Shown: piece by piece, positions 59,078-64,000 of the stretch
How positions within the stretch are numbered: position 1 is the first letter of the stretch
Layout: each line of letters starts with the position of its first letter
Assembly: GCA_900550135.1 (NCBI GenBank)
Contig: URQO01000005.1
Coordinates: 925-64,924, forward strand
DNA length: 64,000 nt
Source: an uncultured Eubacterium sp.
Lineage (GTDB): Bacteria; Bacillota; Clostridia; Lachnospirales; Lachnospiraceae
Direction of reading: 5' to 3'
Notes under the pieces: generated by a model
Databases searched by the model: none
Told to the model about the DNA's origin: nothing
The model's input: the letters and a program-made list of their open reading frames with translations, nothing else
Translations under genes and position numbers: made by a program

Positions 59078-60073
59078 TTAACTAATCTGTGCCTGAACTG
59101 CTGTAATTGCAACAACACCAACTATATCTTTTGCGCTACATCCTCTTGACAAGTCATTGATTGGTCTTGCAATGCCCTGACACAAAGGTCCATAAGCTTC
59201 TGCCTGTCCAAGTCTCTGTAATAATTTATATCCAATATTTCCTGCATCCAAATCAGGAAATACTAATACATTGGCTTTTCCGGCAACAGGGCTGTCCGGT
59301 GCCTTAAATGATGCAATCTCAGGTACAAGTGCTGCATCTGTCTGTAGTTCTCCATCAATTAAGAACTGTGGATATTCTTTCTTTGCAATAGCTGTAGCCT
59401 CTACAACTTTATCTACATCTTTGTGTGCCGCACTTCCATAAGAAGAATGTGACAACATTGCAACTCTCGCTTTTTCTCCTACAAGATATTCAAATGACTC
59501 AGCACTACTTGCAGCGATATCTGCCAGCTGTTCAGGGTTAGGATTCTGGTTAAGACCACAATCACCCATAACAAATACCCCATTTGCTCCCATGTCCTTG
59601 TCAGGTACACATATAACAAAAAATGCTGAAACAAGTTTGCTGCCCGGCTTTGTCTTTATAATCTGAAGTGATGGTCTAAGCGTATTTGCTGATGAATGAC
59701 ATGCTCCTGATACAACACCATCTGCATCATGATTTCTAACCATCATACATGCAAAATACATATGATCACTAATAACCATGGCATAGGCCTGCTTTTCTGT
59801 CATACCTTTGGCTTTTCTTAATTCATAAAAATCTTCAGCATATTTTTTGGTCTTTTCACATGTTAAAGGATCAATAATGGTCGCACCTTTAACATCATAT
59901 CCTACACCGAACTCTTCAAATTCCTGCTTTGTTGCTAAAATAATAATATCTGCAAAGTCCTCTTTTATAATCTGCTCTGCAGCTTCATATGTACGTTTGT
60001 CCATTCCCTCCGGTAGAACAATGGTCTTTCTGTTTTTTCTTGCTTTTTCTTTTAACTGTTCAATAAATCCCAT
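59078..60073 (-). CDS. pta: Phosphate acetyltransferase
   Basis: IVLPEG, DGELQTDAA, FPDLDAGNIGYK, NDLSRGCS; start uncertain (ATG 60073 fits the protein best). Confidence 0.95.
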   Translation of the reverse strand: MGFIEQLKEKARKNRKTIVLPEGMDKRTYEAAEQIIKEDFADIIILATKQEFEEFGVGYDVKGATIIDPLTCEKTKKYAEDFYELRKAKGMTEKQAYAMVISDHMYFACMMVRNHDADGVVSGACHSSANTLRPSLQIIKTKPGSKLVSAFFVICVPDKDMGANGVFVMGDCGLNQNPNPEQLADIAASSAESFEYLVGEKARVAMLSHSSYGSAAHKDVDKVVEATAIAKKEYPQFLIDGELQTDAALVPEIASFKAPDSPVAGKANVLVFPDLDAGNIGYKLLQRLGQAEAYGPLCQGIARPINDLSRGCSAKDIVGVVAITAVQAQIS

Positions 60074-60084
60074 AACTTTAATTT

Positions 60085-60102
60085 TTGATAACCTTTTATC
60101 AA
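60085..60102. promoter_or_regulatory. Perfect 18-bp palindrome, candidate Rex operator
   Basis: TTGATAA-cctt-TTATCAA in the pta leader. Confidence 0.5.
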
Positions 60103-60137
60103 CCTTTCCTCCTTGTATATTTTCCAATCCTTAACCT

Positions 60138-60166
60138 ATTATAGTATATGATTTTTTAATTCTCAA
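60138..60166 (-). promoter_or_regulatory. Sigma-A promoter of pta-ackA
   Basis: TTGAGA-N17-TATAAT. Confidence 0.7.
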
Positions 60167-60188
60167 CACCCAAAACTGCCTTAATTTA

Positions 60189-60217
60189 TTGAAACATTAG
60201 TGCAACAATGTTAAAAT
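60189..60217 (+). promoter_or_regulatory. Sigma-A promoter of tmcAL
   Basis: TTGAAA-N17-TAAAAT with extended TG. Confidence 0.65.
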
Positions 60218-60239
60218 AACCATTTGTGAGGTGATAAAG

Positions 60240-61457
60240 ATGAAAACAATAGGAATAATAGCAGAATTTAACCCTTTTCATAACGGGCATAAATACTTAA
60301 TTGATAAAGCCAAAAAAATAACAAAAGCAGAAAATGTTATAGTTATATGTAGTGGAAATTATGTACAACGTGGCGAACCGGCATTTTATGATAAAGTAAC
60401 CAGAGCACAGGCAGCTTTACAAAATGGAGCAGATCTTATCATTGAACTGCCTGTTGTTTATGCTACTTCTTCAGCAGAGACTTTTGCTTATGGTGCCATT
60501 GACTTGCTTAACAAGTTAAACTGCGTAGATTATTTATGTTTTGGATGTGAAACATTAAACATAAATGTACTTCCAACAATTGCAAAAATTTTAATTAACG
60601 AACCTGTAGATTATCAAAATATGTTGTCTGTTTACTTGAAAAACGGATTTTCATTTCCAAAAGCCAGGGCTAACGCATTAACCGACTATTGTAGTGATAA
60701 TAAATTATTTAACTCTGTTGTATTAAATAATATTTTAAATAAATCAAACAATATTTTAGCCATCGAATATTTAAAAGCACTGAAGAAAACAAACTCAAAA
60801 ATAAAGCCTTTAGCAATAAAGCGCCAGGGAAGTGACTACAATAGTTCTGAATTGTCAAATAATTTTGCATCGGCAACCGGAATACGTGAAGCAATATTCA
60901 AAGAAAAGACCATTGAAAACTATATTCCAAATAACTGCACAGATTTATATACAGATAAATATATTAATTTTATGGATTTTAACCCTATTCTTGGTTATAA
61001 ATTATTAGACACAAAAGATTTAAGTTTAATTTATGATGTATCTGAAGATTTAGCAAAAAGAATATCCAAGTTAAAAGAAGAATATACTAATCCACTGGAT
61101 TTCATTCAATTACTGCAGTCAAAGAACTATACTTACTCTTCTATTTCAAGAGCTTTGACACACATTATGCTAGGATTAAAACAAGAAGATGTAGAGTTTT
61201 TTAAAAATGATAAATGTAATTATTATGCTAAAATTTTAGGTTTTAATAAAAACAGTTCCATTTTATCTGTTTTAAAAAAGAAAAGTTCCATTGATATTAT
61301 AAGTAAATTTTCAACTTATTACAAAAGTGCAGACAAAAACGCTAAACGACTTTTAGATATAGAGTTAAATGCTGATTCATTGTATAGAATGATATACATG
61401 ACAAAATACGGTGAAAATATACACAATGAATTTACGAGACAAATAGTTATTATTTAA
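60240..61457 (+). CDS. tmcAL: tRNA(Met) cytidine acetate ligase (YlbM family)
   Basis: GIIAEFNPFHNGH, SGNYVQRGEPA, SAETFAYGA, NNILAIEY, ASATGIR. Confidence 0.88.
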   Translation: MKTIGIIAEFNPFHNGHKYLIDKAKKITKAENVIVICSGNYVQRGEPAFYDKVTRAQAALQNGADLIIELPVVYATSSAETFAYGAIDLLNKLNCVDYLCFGCETLNINVLPTIAKILINEPVDYQNMLSVYLKNGFSFPKARANALTDYCSDNKLFNSVVLNNILNKSNNILAIEYLKALKKTNSKIKPLAIKRQGSDYNSSELSNNFASATGIREAIFKEKTIENYIPNNCTDLYTDKYINFMDFNPILGYKLLDTKDLSLIYDVSEDLAKRISKLKEEYTNPLDFIQLLQSKNYTYSSISRALTHIMLGLKQEDVEFFKNDKCNYYAKILGFNKNSSILSVLKKKSSIDIISKFSTYYKSADKNAKRLLDIELNADSLYRMIYMTKYGENIHNEFTRQIVII

Positions 61458-61581
61458 TATTGTAAAACCATAAGGGCTATTTTATCTACAATTAAATATT
61501 ACTAAAAAAAACATCCCTTTGACATACAAAAAATAATAACATAGTAACTTAACACAAAAATCTATTTTAAAAAATAAAAGT

Positions 61582-61641
61582 CCCACAGTTATAATCGATA
61601 TTAAAGTTTATTTTTAAACATAAATTGATTATAACTGTGGG
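61582..61641. terminator. Long inverted repeat between convergent genes
   Basis: CCCACAGTTATAATC...GATTATAACTGTGGG, 15-bp perfect arms. Confidence 0.6.
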
Positions 61642-61659
61642 TTTTATATTTTTTTAATA

Positions 61660-63024
61660 TTAATTTTTGAAACTATGAATTGGTGCTGGAATACGACCTG
61701 TTCTATTAACAAAATTGTCACATGAGAAACTATTTACAGGCATAATTGGCGCATAACCAAGCAAGCCGCCAAACTCAACAGTCTCACCAACTCCTTTTCC
61801 AATAACCGGAATAATTCTAACAGCTGTTGTTTTCTGATTAACCATACCAATGGCTGCTTCATCTGCAATAATTCCTGCAATTGTAGTATCCTTTGTATCT
61901 CCCGGAATTGCAATCATATCAAGTCCAACAGAACATACACATGTCATTGCTTCCAATTTTTCTATAGTAAGAGCACCTTCTTTTACTGCATCAATCATTC
62001 CCTGATCTTCACTAACAGGAATAAACGCACCGCTTAATCCACCTACATATGACGATGCCATTACTCCACCTTTTTTAACTTGGTCGTTTAACATTGCAAG
62101 TGCAGCAGTTGTTCCCGGAGCTCCGGCTCTTTGTAATCCAATTTCTTCCAATATGTCTGCTACACTATCACCGATTGCAGGTGTTGGAGCAAGAGACAAA
62201 TCAATAATTCCAAAGGGAATACCTAGTCTTTTGGAAGCTTCCTTAGCAACAAGCTGGCCTACTCTTGTAATCTTAAATGCGGTTTTTTTAATGGTGTCAC
62301 AAAGTACTTCAAAGTTCTCGCCACGTACTTTTTTTAATGCATGTCTTACAACACCCGGTCCTGATACACCTACATTTATAATTGCATCTGCTTCTGTTAC
62401 CCCATGGAAGGCTCCTGCCATAAATGGGTTGTCATCAGGAGCGTTGCATAATACAACAAGTTTAGCACATCCTAAAGAATCATTTTCTTTTGTTGCTTCT
62501 GCTGTTTCTTTCACAATTTTTCCCATAAGACGTACAGCATCCATATTAATACCTGTTTTTGTAGAACCTACATTGATAGAACTACAAACACGTTCTGTAC
62601 ACGCCATAGCCTGTGGAATTGATTTTATAAGATTTTCTTCTGCCGGTGACATTCCCTTGCTAACAAGTGCTGAATATCCCCCTAAAAAGTTAACACCCAC
62701 TTCTTTTGCAACTTTATCTAAAGTTTTTGCAATTGTAACGTAATCTTCAGGTGTTTTACAAGCACTACCACCAATCAAACCAATTGGTGTAACTGAAATT
62801 CTTTTATTTACAATCGGAATACCATATTCCTTTGAAATATCTTCGCCTGTTTGTACAAGATTTCCTGCAAGTCTTTTTATTTTGTTGTAAATATTGTTGT
62901 TTAATGTTTCAAGGTCATCACTGATACAATCCATTAGACTAATTCCCAATGTAATAGTTCTAACATCCAAATTGTAATCATCAATCATCTTGTTAGTTTC
63001 AATAACTTCAAATTTATTTATCAT
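61660..63024 (-). CDS. UPF0210/DUF711 (PFL-family-annotated) protein
   Basis: [54 protein letters not shown]. Confidence 0.92.
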   Translation of the reverse strand: MINKFEVIETNKMIDDYNLDVRTITLGISLMDCISDDLETLNNNIYNKIKRLAGNLVQTGEDISKEYGIPIVNKRISVTPIGLIGGSACKTPEDYVTIAKTLDKVAKEVGVNFLGGYSALVSKGMSPAEENLIKSIPQAMACTERVCSSINVGSTKTGINMDAVRLMGKIVKETAEATKENDSLGCAKLVVLCNAPDDNPFMAGAFHGVTEADAIINVGVSGPGVVRHALKKVRGENFEVLCDTIKKTAFKITRVGQLVAKEASKRLGIPFGIIDLSLAPTPAIGDSVADILEEIGLQRAGAPGTTAALAMLNDQVKKGGVMASSYVGGLSGAFIPVSEDQGMIDAVKEGALTIEKLEAMTCVCSVGLDMIAIPGDTKDTTIAGIIADEAAIGMVNQKTTAVRIIPVIGKGVGETVEFGGLLGYAPIMPVNSFSCDNFVNRTGRIPAPIHSFKN

Positions 63025-63074
63025 AATATATCTCCTAAGTTGTTAGATTCTTTTTTTATAACTTAAAATCTTAA

Positions 63075-63347
63075 CTAGATTCTATGCATACTATTGAAAA
63101 TATCTTCATGCTGCATTTTAATCACAACACCAATATCTTCTCCAATTTTTTCTAAATCGTCTGACAACTCATGTACAGGTTTTGTAGCATTATTACAGTC
63201 TACAATCATCATCATATTAAAATATTCCTGTACTATTGTCTGTGAAATATCAAGAATATTAACTTTGTTGTCTGCCAAATATGAGCAAACTGAAGCAATA
63301 ATACCTACTGTGTCTTTTCCTACAACTGTTATAATTGTTTTTTTCAT
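63075..63347 (-). CDS. UPF0237 ACT-domain protein
   Basis: ITVVGKDTVGII, NILDISQTI, QHEDIFNSMHRI; usual partner of UPF0210. Confidence 0.92.
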   Translation of the reverse strand: MKKTIITVVGKDTVGIIASVCSYLADNKVNILDISQTIVQEYFNMMMIVDCNNATKPVHELSDDLEKIGEDIGVVIKMQHEDIFNSMHRI

Positions 63348-63367
63348 AAAAAACCTCCTAGTTTATA

Positions 63368-64000
63368 TTAAAATTCAATGTTGCACGAAGGTTCAATCCT
63401 ACTTGCAACTTTTAAATCTATATTTGACATATCAAAACCTGCATCAAATGACAATTCATTTTTTACGGCCTGATAAGCAAGTTCCGGATAATTGTTTTCT
63501 CCGCTTAAATGACCTAAAATAATATGTTTTGTTCTTCCATCAATAATTTTACCCAAAAAATCACCACATGCCTCATTGGACAAGTGTCCTTTATTTCCCC
63601 AAATTCTCTGTTTTAAACTATATGGGTAAGGTCCTGTCTGTAGCATTCTAATATCATGGTTTGATTCAACCAAAAGACTATCTAAGTGTTGTAATTTATT
63701 TACCAAATCATCTGTATATTCTCCCAAATCTGTAACTACAGCACATGAGTGATTTTCACTACTATCCAAATCAAACCTATAACATACAGGATCAACTGCA
63801 TCGTGGCTAATATGTAGTGGATTAATTTGTATATCTTTTATATTAAATGTTTTTTCTTTATCAATTGGATAAAATAAATCAGTGTTAACTTTTCCAATAT
63901 TGCTATTATTCAAAATATAATTTATTGTTTTTTCTGTTGCATAAACAGGTACATTATATTTACGTAAAAAAACGCCAAGTCCTTTAATATGATCACTATG
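63368..64000 (-). CDS. MBL-fold metallohydrolase (YycJ/WalJ-like), 5' end outside window
   Basis: Frame open to the window edge, beginning HSDHIKG (end of HxHxDH); SHDA, TDLG, ESNHD, GHLSN, HLSGENN. Confidence 0.88.
   Translation of the reverse strand, partial: HSDHIKGLGVFLRKYNVPVYATEKTINYILNNSNIGKVNTDLFYPIDKEKTFNIKDIQINPLHISHDAVDPVCYRFDLDSSENHSCAVVTDLGEYTDDLVNKLQHLDSLLVESNHDIRMLQTGPYPYSLKQRIWGNKGHLSNEACGDFLGKIIDGRTKHIILGHLSGENNYPELAYQAVKNELSFDAGFDMSNIDLKVASRIEPSCNIEF

Noticed and set aside
60085..60102. FNR/CRP box
   Set aside because: TTGAT and ATCAA are 8 nt apart, not 4
61660..63024. Glycyl-radical pyruvate formate-lyase
   Set aside because: UPF0210 family; no C-terminal RVxGY glycyl-radical motif and no activase gene
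1693..63522. Many 60-210 aa ORFs antisense or off-frame to core genes (e.g. 5055-5516, 23385-24017, 40881-41423, 62153-62743)
   Set aside because: Shadow ORFs of well-supported genes, with no recognisable motifs

Overview
Low-GC Firmicute chromosomal backbone; gene order and proteins look like Clostridia, probably Lachnospiraceae (inference, species not determinable here). About 55 genes are almost all on the minus strand. The modules are: sepF-yggS cluster; radC-mreBCD-pbp2-minDE-rodA-mgsA; miaB-mutSL-miaA; MurJ/SpoVB-like, ybeY, phoH, yqfCD; rpsU, alaS, tyrS; der-plsY-gpsA-cls-spoIVA; rbgA-rnhB; ffh-rpsP-khpA-rimM-trmD-rplS; plsX-acpP-rnc-smc-ftsY; pta-ackA and tmcAL. I saw no rRNA, tRNA, CRISPR array, prophage, IS or defence island. 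I added rpsU, rpmF, partial sepF and an L19 leader, which the ORF track misses. I found no clear-cut new multi-gene system. The best leads are: (1) an MreB whose ATPase motifs are substituted, in an operon with an insert-bearing PBP2 and minDE without minC; (2) sporulation gene yqfD broken by a single in-frame TAA; (3) a Rex-like palindrome between the SD and ATG of pta; (4) a palindrome over the ylxM-ffh -35; (5) two uncharacterised proteins embedded in core operons.
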